This document shows, one piece after another, positions 52,208 through 64,000 of a stretch of 64,000 nt of DNA. The stretch covers positions 9,734,001 through 9,798,000 of the forward strand of contig NC_043009.1 in assembly GCF_006345805.1 (NCBI RefSeq), read 5' to 3'. Position 1 is the stretch's first letter, and every line of letters begins with the position of its first letter. The stretch is from Octopus sinensis. Its lineage: Eukaryota. The translations under genes and the position numbers were made by a program. The notes beneath the pieces are model-generated. The model ran no database searches. It had not been told where the DNA came from and worked only from the letters and a program-made list of their open reading frames with translations.

Positions 52208-52576
52208 TCTCTTTTATTCTTTTACTTGTTTCAGTCATGTGACTGTGGCCATGCAAATCGACCCCAGGACTTATTCTTTGTAAGCCTAGTACTTATTCTA
52301 TCAGTCTCTTTTGCCGAACCGCTAAGTTACGGGGATGTAAACACACCAGAATCGGTTGTTGAGCGATGTTGGGGGGACAAACACACACACACACACACAC
52401 ATACATATATACGACGGGCTTCTTTTCAGTTTCCGTCTACCAAATCCACTCACAAGGCTTTGGTCGGCCCGAGGCTATAGTAGAAGACACTTGCCCAAGG
52501 TGCCACGCAGTGGGACTGAACCTGGAACCATGTGGTTGGTAAGCAAGCTACTTACCACACAGCCACTCCTGCACCT
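52208..52576 (-). mobile_element. SINE family A
   Basis: Similarity to other copies. Confidence 0.85.
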
Positions 52577-52769
52577 ATGTTCAACAATTTAAAATAGATA
52601 CTTTGTTGAGGTTCAGTTGGTGAACAGCGAATGGAAGTTAAGAAGTCAGTCTAAAATGATGAGATATTGCATCTTGCCCTGCTAAAACTTATGATGAAGA
52701 TGATGAATTATGAGAAAACTTTAAAAAAAAAAAAATCGGAAGAGAAAAATAGTTTTTTTGATGAATATA

Positions 52770-53027
52770 CTTGCCAGCCTCGCCTGGCCTCCGTGCCGGT
52801 GGCACGTAAAAGGCACCATCCAATCGTGGCCATTGCCAGCCTTGTCTGCCGGTGGCATGTAAAAGGCACCCACTACACTCACAGAGTGGTTGGCATTAGG
52901 AAGGGCATCCAGCTGTAGAAACACTGCCAGATCAGACTGGGCCTGGTGCAGCCTTCTGGTTTCCCAGTCCCCAGTTGAACCGTCCAACCCATGCTAGCAT
53001 GGAGAACGGACGCTAAACGATGATGAT
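52770..53027 (+). mobile_element. Family D element
   Basis: Body and (GAT)n tail. Confidence 0.75.
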
Positions 53028-54454
53028 ATTAAGCATAATTCTTTTTAATATTTATGATCAACCACAATTGGATAGTGAAATTATAATGTTTTATGTTGAA
53101 ACCACCAGAGTGTGCACCCACCTTAAAAGATGCATATTTAAGCTGTGGAAAATGTTATTAAATATGTAATAGGTGATGGATATATGAGTGTAATGTTTTA
53201 AAGATATTATCAGTCAGTCACAGTGCAAATGCATCAGGCTTGACAATCAAATAAAAATTGGCAACAGGAATTGTGGCAGATTCAAATCACTAAATAAAAA
53301 TTTTGGAAGTATCTCTTTTTTACACAACATACATACTACATATTGGTTTTGAATTTTGGCACAAGACCAGAAATTTGGGGAGAGGGGATAAGTTGATTAC
53401 ATGGACCCCAGTGTTCAACTGGTACTTATTTTATCAACCCCGAAAGGATGAAAGGCAAAGTAGACCTCAGTGGAATTTGAACTCAGAACGTGAAAACGGA
53501 TGAAATGCTGTGAAGAATTTTTCCTACATGTTAACAATTCTGCTAGCTTGCTGTCTTCACACACACTGCATATTCTTTTATTTGTTTCAGTCATTTGACT
53601 GCAGCCATGCTGGAGCACCACCTTTAGTCGAACAAATCAACCCCAAGATTTATTTTTTGTAAGCCTAATACTTATTCTATCCGATTTTTTTTGGAAATGG
53701 AAATGAGAAACATTCTAAAAGGATGGAAGAAATGTTTCATTGGATGTATAGTAAAAAAATTCAATTAATTCTTGTACATTTCTTGTATTTATTTTAACAT
53801 GCTTGAACATTTTTTGAGATTTTAGATTTTTCATTTATGAGTTTCCTATTCTGTTCATAACGAGATTTAGAAATAAATTTAACTAGAAGAAAACTAAGGA
53901 AAATACTATCAAAAAAATTATCAGGGAAAACAGGGAAGATGTTGTATGTTTATAAATATATATGCTGGCCTGTAAGAAGCATATTTGCCCCTCTCCACCT
54001 AAAATGCTCCTGAAAATCAGCTGACAACTTATAAAATACAAGGTCAAGGATTGCGTTGCCAAGAGTTCAAAATAGGGCAGCCAAAACTGATGTGGGTCTT
54101 ACATTTTTGTGTGTTTTGCAAGCTGTGAAATGTATGAGACATATATGGGAAGCAAAAATAAAAAATGATTTTATTTTGTTTTCAACAATATCTGATTAAA
54201 AAATAAAATTATTGCAATTATTCATTCATTTTACTTGGAAATTTTATTGTGGCCAACAGGAATTTTCTCTAGCAAGCTATAATGGTCTTTCTTGCTTCAA
54301 AGGTGTGAATGGGGCCTGATTGAGACTCTGTCCCCCCCCGCCCCCGCCCCGATGTTCAGATAAATGTTTTGAATCTGGAATGTATTATATGTTTTACAAG
54401 AATGAAAAGAAAAGGAAATAGTCAAAAAATCTATCAAATTTTCACATGTGAAAT

Positions 54455-54460
54455 AATATA

Positions 54461-54546
<86 letters not shown>

Positions 54547-54637
54547 GTATATATATATATATGTATAAATATATATATGCATATATATATATGTATAAAT
54601 ATATATGTATAAATATATATATGCATATATATATATG

Positions 54638-54672
<35 letters not shown>

Positions 54673-54673
54673 A

Positions 54674-54707
<34 letters not shown>

Positions 54708-54783
54708 GTATATATATATATATGTATAATATATATATGCATATATATATATGTATAAATATATATATGCATATATATATATG

Positions 54784-54815
<32 letters not shown>

Positions 54816-54819
54816 CACA

Positions 54820-54852
<33 letters not shown>

Positions 54853-54900
54853 TTATGTATATATATTCACATATATATGAGTGTGTGTGTGTGTGTGAGT

Positions 54901-54945
<45 letters not shown>
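54455..54945. repeat. Compound (TA)n/(TG)n microsatellite with higher-order duplication
   Basis: Directly visible. Confidence 0.95.
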
Positions 54946-54947
<2 letters not shown>

Positions 54948-56649
54948 CATACATATATCAAAAGGTAATAAAAAACAACAACATAATTCTTCCTGCTACA
55001 TAGTCCTATCAGTTAGTTAATATATTCACGAGAACTTGTTTCTGAAAGGCCAAACGGTAACAATTTACAATTTGCGCACAGATCTGTAAAGGTTACGTGA
55101 TCGCTTTTGTACTGTTATGTTTGCATACAAGGAAAAACTATACATATAGATATGTATGCATGTGTGTGTGTGTGTGTGTGTATGAGCACCAGCTTATAAC
55201 TGCATCAATATGTGGATGTGTTTGTAAAAACAATCTTAGCATGGGAAAATGAATTAATAACAGTAACATATATAATATTGCACTTGTGTTCAAATACAGT
55301 AAATATTTAACATTTTGTGTATGTTCCAAGAATAGTCAGTAAAAAGAAATGCCAAGAGAAACATGATGGTATTTGCTGATACATGTAATAGATTTAGTGT
55401 TAAAAAGGAACAAAAAAATCTAACAGTTTTGGAATATTGAACAACAGTTTGTTTGTCAATAACAATTAACAGGTAAAAAAAAAAAAGAAAAGAAAAAATA
55501 AAAACCCCAAACATTACAAATTATATGTTAACACCTCTTCTGAAAACCTCATTGCTCCAACCACAGTTTAAAATTATAAAGGTATCTGAGACTCAGATTA
55601 GATAGGAAAAAAAAAGTGGTTTCTTTAATTTTTCTTGATCCAACTTTTTCATAATTTCACATTTTCTTTGTAAGGAATAAAAAAAAAAAAATCAACATTA
55701 ACACAAACTAGTTACAAAAGAAAATGTCAGAGAAAGTCTGTAAGGTTTGTTTTTTACAATAAGGCTACACAATTGTCTCTATGTTAAACATTAAAGAGGT
55801 ACCTTCTAAAATGGAAATGAGAAATATTCTAAAAGGATGGAAAAAATGTTTTTTTATTTGTAAACCAAAAACATACAACAAAAACAACACCACCTTTAGA
55901 TTGAACACTAACCTTAACTCAAGCCATAAAAACTTGATTTCATTTTACAGTTTGTTACTTTTTCTTTCATATATTGAATAGTATATCTACTCACCTGCTA
56001 TCTTCATCTCTTTTCTTCTACTCCAAGATTAGAGCAGCAAGAAAACATATTGCTTTTTTGTTTGTTTAGCTGTAGTGAAGTCGATCCATTTAGGACGATG
56101 AGCCCTCTGAAGAAACGTATTAGTGTAAAAGGATATCGCATCTTCATGCATGGGAAATACATAGTTCCATAAGCTGCAGTGAAGATAATCAATCTAAGGG
56201 AGCAACCGGTCTAAATTAAAGCTGATACAGAGAGGCCAAGGCCCACAGTCTTGCATAACAATCACTCTGCTAATAGTGGTACGATAAATATAACCAGTGA
56301 TTGGCTATAGGGTGAGCACACGTCATAAAATCACAACCAGTTAACTATGAAGCACAATACAATGGTTTGTAATACTAAAAGTGTTAAGAGGATTGACATG
56401 TTTCATCTTGGTACTGTGGTGTCAAATATGAGCACTCTTAACCATTACGAAGCAAACTCACCATCAACAGTAACAACTTTCTTCTTTACAGATTATTTTC
56501 TAGTCTGCTCTTATCATCAATAGCAGCTTCAAAGGCAAAGGAGTTGCACTGGGAAGGGGGAAATTATAGAGGTATGAATGACAAAATCTTGACAGAAGTT
56601 CAGAGAGTTTGAGCAGTTTTGATTGGAGACAATTCAAAGAACCACAGAT

Positions 56650-57400
56650 GCTAAATTTCTAGTGAGGCAACAACACAAGAATTTAAGGTTAGAACTACCC
56701 TACATCACATCTGCTGTGAAGAGAAGGCTTTTGATAAAATTCCACATGCTGCTAGGCACTACGTAAACTAAGAGTAGCGGAATGGCTTGCAAGAACTATG
56801 ATAGTTATGTACTATTAGCAAGAAATTCAATGTACAAATAGGTGATTGCCAAAGGTCTGTCTTAAGGCCTCTATTACTCCTTATAATCCTTGAGGCTATA
56901 AGACAAGAGTTAAGGATTTATTTTCATTGGATGTTTTTGTATGTTGAGAACCACATTCTTACAGCCAAATCTGTCAAAGAGTTGCATAAAAAGAGCCAAA
57001 ACAAAACAAATATCAAAATATTAAATAGTTTTAAAAATCACAATGTTATAAGAGGAATGGTTTTGATTGATATGTAGTGATGAACTTGATAATTTGCATT
57101 AAATGCAAGCAACAGATAGAGACACAAATGATGCAATAGGATCTCTGACAGGCTGACACAGAAGTAGAACTTCAGAGTAATTAGCAGTAGAAGTATTCAT
57201 GAAATGATATTGTCTATGAACTGCTTAGAGAACTCAAGAGATGTAACTGATAGGTTTTCGTTCCCAGTTGGTCTCTAATTAGAGGATATTTTCAAAGTTG
57301 GATATGCATAATGTTAGCCAGTATGAGAGGTTAAGCATAAATGTGTTGAGACATCAAGTGGGTACTAAAGACTTCGGTTGTAGAAAGCTGGAGGAATGGA
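56650..57400 (+). mobile_element. Very old RTE-like RT relic
   Basis: Eroded EKAFDKIP, QxSVLxPLL and FLYVEN (LLYADD-like) remnants. Confidence 0.35.
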
Positions 57401-57930
57401 TGCACTTCTATAGCCTTGTGAAATAAATGACGATTAAGGACTGGGTGAAACGATGCCAAGTGCTGATGGCAAGGAATCCTTGTAGTGAAACAAGTCGATG
57501 GAAGAAATAATGAGGTCAGGTTTCTGGAAACAGGGTTTCACAGAAGAGATGATATAAGACTTAAAGGATTGGTAATAATGCTGCATGGCAGGATTTTCCA
57601 AGATCCCACTATACAGCATTGAAAAGTGAGTGTTAAAATATTGTTGCTGTTGTTGTTGTTGATAATGATGATGATTGTAATGGTGATATGTGATAAAATG
57701 AGGAGGGAAGTAAAAAAAGGTAAAATCTATATTGTGTGAAGTAATTAAAACAAATTTGAAGAAGATTCAAAGTAATCATATTTGTAGAAATTATTATGAC
57801 TACATTGTGTCTACCCATAATTTAAATAATTAATTGATATGTAACTTATAATTAAAGAAAGCATAGCTACTTTGCTTCAAGGAAGTAGCCAGAAAACTTC
57901 ACTTTAGACTTTAAGAATGTCAAGTGTGTG

Positions 57931-57988
<58 letters not shown>

Positions 57989-57993
57989 ATATA

Positions 57994-58320
57994 AACAACT
58001 TATAAACAAGGGCAAAAGAAAAAAAATTCTAATGCCAAATATGCCGAAAATAGACAAATTGTCAATAACCATATAATTTATCACTACAAACACACGTCTC
58101 GAAGTAAGCCAACAGAAATTTCTAAAAAATTCCGTTATTATCGTATCGGTCCCAATTTCAGAGTTAATTCATAAGAATTTTCTCCTCGTCAGCGATAAAT
58201 ACGTAAGATATAAATGAAATACTTACTCATACCCATGGAAGAAGCAAACACTAAGTCATGAGCAGACCTAAGTACCCCAAATATATCCAAAATAGAAAAT
58301 TTCCAGCACATATCGAGACA
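57994..58320 (-). mobile_element. Microsatellite-embedded Penelope-like pLTR fragment carrying a hammerhead
   Basis: Unique block between (TA)n tracts. It contains the hammerhead below and an ATG followed by a GTAAGT donor-like site on the minus strand. Confidence 0.55.
58138..58198 (-). ncRNA. Type I hammerhead ribozyme with complete catalytic core
   Basis: Minus strand reads UUAUCG-CUGACGA-GGAG aa AAUUC(uuau)GAAUU aa CUCU-GAAA-UUGG(ga)CCGA-UA|CGAUAA. All three stems form. Predicted cleavage between 58144 and 58143. Confidence 0.8.
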
Positions 58321-58332
58321 CGTGCGTGTGCA

Positions 58333-58382
<50 letters not shown>

Positions 58383-59299
58383 AAAATAAAATCTAAGTTT
58401 TAGATTCATGAGACAGTTAAAAATTTCTTGTGAATTTTTAAAAATAGAAATATGGAAAAAAAAAAAATAATAAAGAACAAAAATATACTGGGTGAAGTGC
58501 CTGTGTCTTACACAGTGTCATAAAGTCATATGTGGGTTAAATTTGTAATATTCTATAAAAGAGTAGGTCTTTGCCAGTCATGCTATATCTCTGTTAAGAA
58601 CTTACATTGGTACCATTCACTAGTTTAGTTTCTTTGTGTACTTAACAAATTTCTAGACATAAATATCTAATCAGTATGACAATTAAATCATTATCCTACT
58701 TCCTCCCTCATTATCAAAATCATCATTAAAACAACTTAAAAATATATGTAATAAATATTATTTTTTATAACAAGTAAAAATTAATTTTTATTTTTAAAAA
58801 TTAATTTATAAAAAAAAAAATCACGTTTATTAAACAATGGACCAAAATGATTCCAGTAACAATGCTCCCCACCAAATTTTAATAGGAGTGGGGGAAAGTA
58901 AAATATATTGCTTACACACACATGTACATACGTATGTGCACACAGACATAGACACATGCAACATGCGCACACATACACACTTGCACACAAACAATAGTGT
59001 TATGGTTCTCCAGATGTTTTTCTTTGAATAATCTCTATGAAAGAATTAACCAATCTCAGCCAGTCATTTAATGAGTTTATGTTTCTGGTTAATTGAGGTG
59101 TTATCAGGAGTTATATATATATATATATATACATATATATATACATATATATATATATATGAGACTTTGGTGATGATGATATTTTAATATATGAATGGTT
59201 TAAATTTAAACATAAAACAATTGAGAATATCTTGGTTACTTTTCTCTCTCTTTGCTTTTTTTTTTATATTTTTGTAGATTGTACCCCAAATTAGAACTC

Positions 59300-59355
59300 C
59301 TGTGTATATATATATGTATGTGAATGTATATATATATATATATACACACACTCAC

Positions 59356-59424
<69 letters not shown>

Positions 59425-59590
59425 TATACATATATATATATACACATATATATATACATATATATATATACACACATATATATATATACATATATATATA
59501 TACACTCACATATGTGTGTATGTATATATATATATATATATACATATGCACACACACAAATGTATATGTGTTTATGTATGCAAAGGTGTG

Positions 59591-59621
<31 letters not shown>

Positions 59622-59681
59622 GTATACTAATATAACACATTCAACAACAAACACACATGCACACACCTACACACACACACA
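59300..59681. repeat. (TA/CA)n microsatellite immediately 3' of the minus-strand stop codon
   Basis: Directly visible; lies in the presumed 3' UTR. Confidence 0.9.
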
Positions 59682-59714
59682 TGAAGCAACCTGTTTCTAG
59701 ACACTAACACATCA

Positions 59715-60355
59715 TTAACGACGTGGTGGTATGGGAGGTGGAGGTGGCAGAACCCTTGCTGGAACTGGGGGAAGCGAGGAAGGAGGTCGAGAAGGAATCG
59801 GTGGAGGGTCTGGTTTTGTATTCTGAACCTTTACTTGAGAAGTAGTAGAACTAGTAGTGACGGGATTCAAAGTTGCTGTTGGCAATGGTGGGGGCGGTTG
59901 CAAAGGGCATGTTTTGAAATCATCTGACAGTGTTTTGGCATTGCCGTTGCCGTTGTTATCTTGGCCAACATCATTTGAAGGTTGGCTGGGTTTATTCACA
60001 GTTAGATCCCTGCGAACTGGAACTGGAGGCGGTGTTGGGAAGCTGATGTCTGATGGTTTTGGAACAACTTCTGGAACCATAGCATCCATAATATTGGTTG
60101 ATGAATTCTGAGACATCGGTGCTAATGGAGTTGAATTGGTTGAAGAATCAAGTGTCATCTTTTGGAGCATGTCATTTGTTTGCTGTTCTATCTGGTTGGT
60201 CGATGACATCATCGTTAGGTTTTCAACGCTAGCACTGTAAGGGCGATTTAAATGAGACGCTTCATTCGTATCTGATTTATCATCAGGGGCATTGTAAGTT
60301 TGTAAACAACCAGTTGTTTGGCTACGGGATATGCTGGTCTGGGTTGCAGTAGCTC
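59715..60355 (-). CDS. Terminal coding exon of a host gene; proline-rich tail with several PxxPxR SH3-ligand motifs (synaptojanin/dynamin-like endocytic or signalling protein; identity not established)
   Basis: Polypyrimidine tract and AG acceptor (ttttttttcatctag|) at 60356, a 213-codon open frame to TAA, and motifs PPPVPVR, PPIPSR, PPVPAR and PPIPPRR. No upstream exon recognised within the window. Confidence 0.75.
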
Positions 60356-61363
60356 CTAGATGAAAAAAAATAAAAAGATATATATGAATAAATTAATAAA
60401 TAATTACAAAAACACATAATATGTAATATACTGATAAAAATTTCTTAATTTGCATTCATTATACAAAATTATTTAAATACTGATTTCTTTCTAGGCACAA
60501 ATGTTAATTTTCAAAGAGGAAGTGATATAACCGTTTAATGTAATTTCCAGTATATCACTGGTACTTATTTTATTGTACTCTAAAGGAGAAAAGGTAAGTA
60601 CCAACTGACCTCTCTGCTATGTTCTGAACTAAAGAAGTGAAAAATACCGAATCTGGTTTATCTCTTTATCATCAATACCAATGTAATTAAACAAAAAATA
60701 CTCAAAAATAATTAAGCATGAAAATTTGCAGTAATTCTTCAACATAGATCTGAAATTAATACAAAATTAAACATTCTTGCTGTACAAGAGCAGAGGATGG
60801 CAAAATATTGTAGAAAATCAGACAAAATACTTTATAGTATTTATTTACATTCCCTCATGGTTCTACATTCAAATCTTTCTTGGGACTGATTTCTTCTTGT
60901 ATTTCTAAGGATCAATTAAAATGACTATGGTCCATTTCCAAAATATGTGGCCTTGCACCAATGTTGGAATTTACCGTTATTGTAGGTGAGTAACTCCAGC
61001 AATCCTTTGTTAAAACATCTAGTGTCCCAGTCAGTCCAATTATAATAAAACTAACAAATCTTGTAACTACTAGATGTGCTATTACAAGATGGACTTAGAC
61101 AACTAAGACCTATGCTGTCGTATCAACTAACATTGGTCAGTTCTGTTTGAGTAACACATCTTGTATCTGCAAGCAGTTTTATAGTAATACCCTTCAAGAA
61201 CCCTGTTTTAACACACAGTCCTATGTTAATACATCTAGCAGTCCCAGTCAATTCTGTATTAACACACCTCTGGTGTAGAGGTAACCAATTGGATTTGTAT
61301 GAGAAACTGCTGAGTCCAGCAAACCAGATATAATTCGGGCTGATGCAGAAATATCTTACATAC

Positions 61364-61692
61364 AAGACTTTTATGGATTCCATGGACAGCGAGGCTCACC
61401 AATGGAGAAGTTCTTAAGCAGATCAGGCCGAAAATGTCGCTAGAAGCTAGGATCACCAAGCATAGATTGGCATATTTCGGTCATTTTATGCGGAGAAAAT
61501 CCCTGGAGAAGGACATCATGCTCGGAATGGTCAGTGGCAAGAGAGGAAGAGGCCGACCAAGAACCCACTGGATTGACACCATCAAGAGTGATACCGGAAT
61601 GGACATAGCCAATCTGAAAGAAGTGGCCCAGGATAGAACTGACTGGAGGACACTGATCCAACGAGTAACCGAGAGTTGACTTACACTGAGCG

Positions 61693-61730
<38 letters not shown>
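61364..61730 (+). mobile_element. 5'-truncated BovB/RTE-type LINE with (GATA)n tail, in the intron of the minus-strand gene
   Basis: RLLWIPWTARLTN..LAYFGHFMRRKSLEKDIMLG.V.GKRGRGRPRTHWID..QDRTDWR. Confidence 0.85.
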
Positions 61731-62727
61731 CTCTGTCATATAATGCTCCAATCAAATTGCTGTTCAAAGTTTCTCTGGAAATGTATCTGGTAATTACATA
61801 CAAAATAATAACATGATGGGACCTCAGTGTACAAAATACTATATTTATGGAATCTTGTTGTAGGAGCTTAGTGACTGAGCACAATTTGTGCTTGCCTAGA
61901 TAAAATGAAATTGAATTTAGGATAAGGAAGCAGTGTTCTAACATTAATGTAGTTTCAGAAGCTATGTGGGTCAGATTAGAGATTATGAACTCAAGCTGAG
62001 CATTTTAAGTGCAATGTGTGATTGGTTGAGTAGTGGGTATAATATATCTGTAGATAGCTGCAATGATTAATGTGAATTGTTTTAGATGGTTAATAGCAAA
62101 GAGACTAAGAGTCAAAGTAAGATTATCAAAAGTAAACTAATGCTTAATTTGACTAAATTAATAAATGGTAAAATGGCAAAATCATTAAAGCATTGAATGA
62201 AATGCCTTGTAGCATTTATTCTAGTCTCTTGTGTTCTGAATACAAAACTCTGTCAAGGTTGATTTTGATTTTGATTCTTCTGGGAGTTGATAAATAAAAT
62301 TGACATCTGAGGCTGATAAAAAAAATGTGTGGTACCTTAGGAATCTATTAAGGTACCACATGATACCTTCCAGCATCTCTTTGTGTTCTGAGTTCAAATC
62401 CTGCTTTGGTCTATTTGGGTAGTAAATCTCATCGGTCATCCACTTGAGCCCTATTTGTTTTATAAGTTTTAGTCAGGTGGGAAGGTAGTGCCCATGATCC
62501 ATTACAGGACCCCTGAAGCTGGTGGGTGGAGGAGAAACGTACAAAGGCATCCTCAAACTGGAAGCCTGTTCCAAATGCTTAACATTAAAGGCAAGGTGGT
62601 ATTAAACTAGGTTGACAGGTTAAGTCTATCATCCAAGGTCCTTGGGTCCCTTTAGAGGGGTTCAAATTTGCTGAAAGCATTTATATATATCACCGAATGT
62701 GGTTGATGCCAGCACCCCTTCCCACAA

Positions 62728-62951
62728 AAGCAGCTCACGACATTTGTGCTGTGCATGGAGAGGGTACCATAGCTGAAAGAACAGCTCACGATTGGTGTGC
62801 CAAGTTCAAAAATGGAAATTGTGACCCCAAAGAAGTACTTCGTTTTGGCCATCCAGTTGAGTTTGATGAAGAGCAATTAAGCCAACTTTTGCATGAAAAT
62901 TCTCGTCAAACGACAAAGGAACTGGCACAGAAAATGGAATGCTTCCACACT
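62728..62951 (+). mobile_element. Mariner transposase N-terminal HTH fragment
   Basis: AAHDICAVHGEGTIAERTAHDWCAKFKNGN..R.GHP.EFDEEQL..LLHENSRQTTKELA. Confidence 0.8.
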
Positions 62952-64000
62952 GCTGCCAGTGGCACATAAAAATGTGTGTCTTTGTCTATACATTGCATGG
63001 TGATTATTATACTACAAGTGAGGTTGTTTGTTTACAGTCGTCCATGAAAAACATCTCTAGTTATGGCAAAATATTAACTTCCTTGGAATCAGATGGGGAT
63101 TCGTGACAGGAAAGGTATCTGGCTGTAGAAAACCTACTTTAACAAATTTTATCTGACCCATGCAAGCATAGAAAAGTAGATGTTAAATGATGATGAGGAT
63201 GAGGATGATGATGATGATGTAAAAATCAGATAACGTTGAATAGTGACACTTCCAAACATAGGATACAGGATATAGTTGTGTTTGTTAGAATAATTCCCAC
63301 TTAGCTCAGTAGCAGATTGTTTACTGTAATTCTAGAATCAGTGTTCTAGTTTCTGTTTCTAGAGTTGGAGGTGTTAAGTAACAAATATTTGAGGTCAGAG
63401 ATGCTGGATGAAAACATTGTGCTGAAGTTTCTAGAGCAGTGATGTGTTTAAAACCAGCAAGGAAAACAACTAAATGATTGATTTATTCAATCAATAGATA
63501 AATTAGTAGATTGTCCAACCCATGCCAGCTTGGAAAGTAGACGTTAAAGGATGCTGATGATAATGATAATGATGCATTTAGATTTCACAGTGAAAGAATC
63601 ACAAAGGCTTGTCACTCTGTCAGTTATGATGATGAATATTCCACTTGATTTTATCAACAGAGCAGCCTGCTTGTGGAATTAATGTGTAAGACATTGAGCA
63701 CACCACAGACATGCATATCCTTAACATAGTTCTCGGGGAGATTCAGCACGATACACAAAATGTGACAAGGCTGGCCCTTTGAACTACATGTACTCCATCA
63801 AAGAGGAAAGAACTGATCTCATATATTTAATTACAAAGTATTTGGCAACTGCTAAGTTTTTCTAATTACATGTCCAGTTCTAAGAATATGTGATCAGAAA
63901 AAGCACCATCCGAACGTGGCCGATGCCAGTGCCGTCTTGACTGGCTTCCATGCCGGAGGCACCAATCCGATTGTGGCCTGGCACCTGTACCGGTGGCATG

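Overview
AT-rich, repeat-saturated eukaryotic DNA. The SINE families, the (TA/CA)n and (TAA)n microsatellites and the RTE/CR1/Penelope debris are consistent with an octopus or other coleoid cephalopod genome (inference). Host coding content is small: an intronless, divergent EB1/MAPRE-like gene (671-1609, +) followed by a disabled partial copy, and the proline-rich terminal exon of a minus-strand gene (59715-60355). The rest is a decayed Ty3/Gypsy pol, LINE fragments (RTE, CR1/L2-like, L1/Tx1-like, R4/Dong-like), mariner fragments, Helitron/Helentron-type and piggyBac/hAT-type MITEs, and four or more SINE or SINE-like families. Most short ORFs in the track are microsatellite or SINE artefacts. 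The main unexplained signal is a set of small elements embedded in (TA)n tracts. Several are near-perfect fold-backs and several carry type I hammerhead ribozyme motifs, matching Penelope-like pseudo-LTRs. One hammerhead (58138-58198, minus) has a complete core and three stems and lies in sense orientation about 1.5 kb past the stop codon of the minus-strand gene. All alignments and folds were done by eye; repeat boundaries are approximate.
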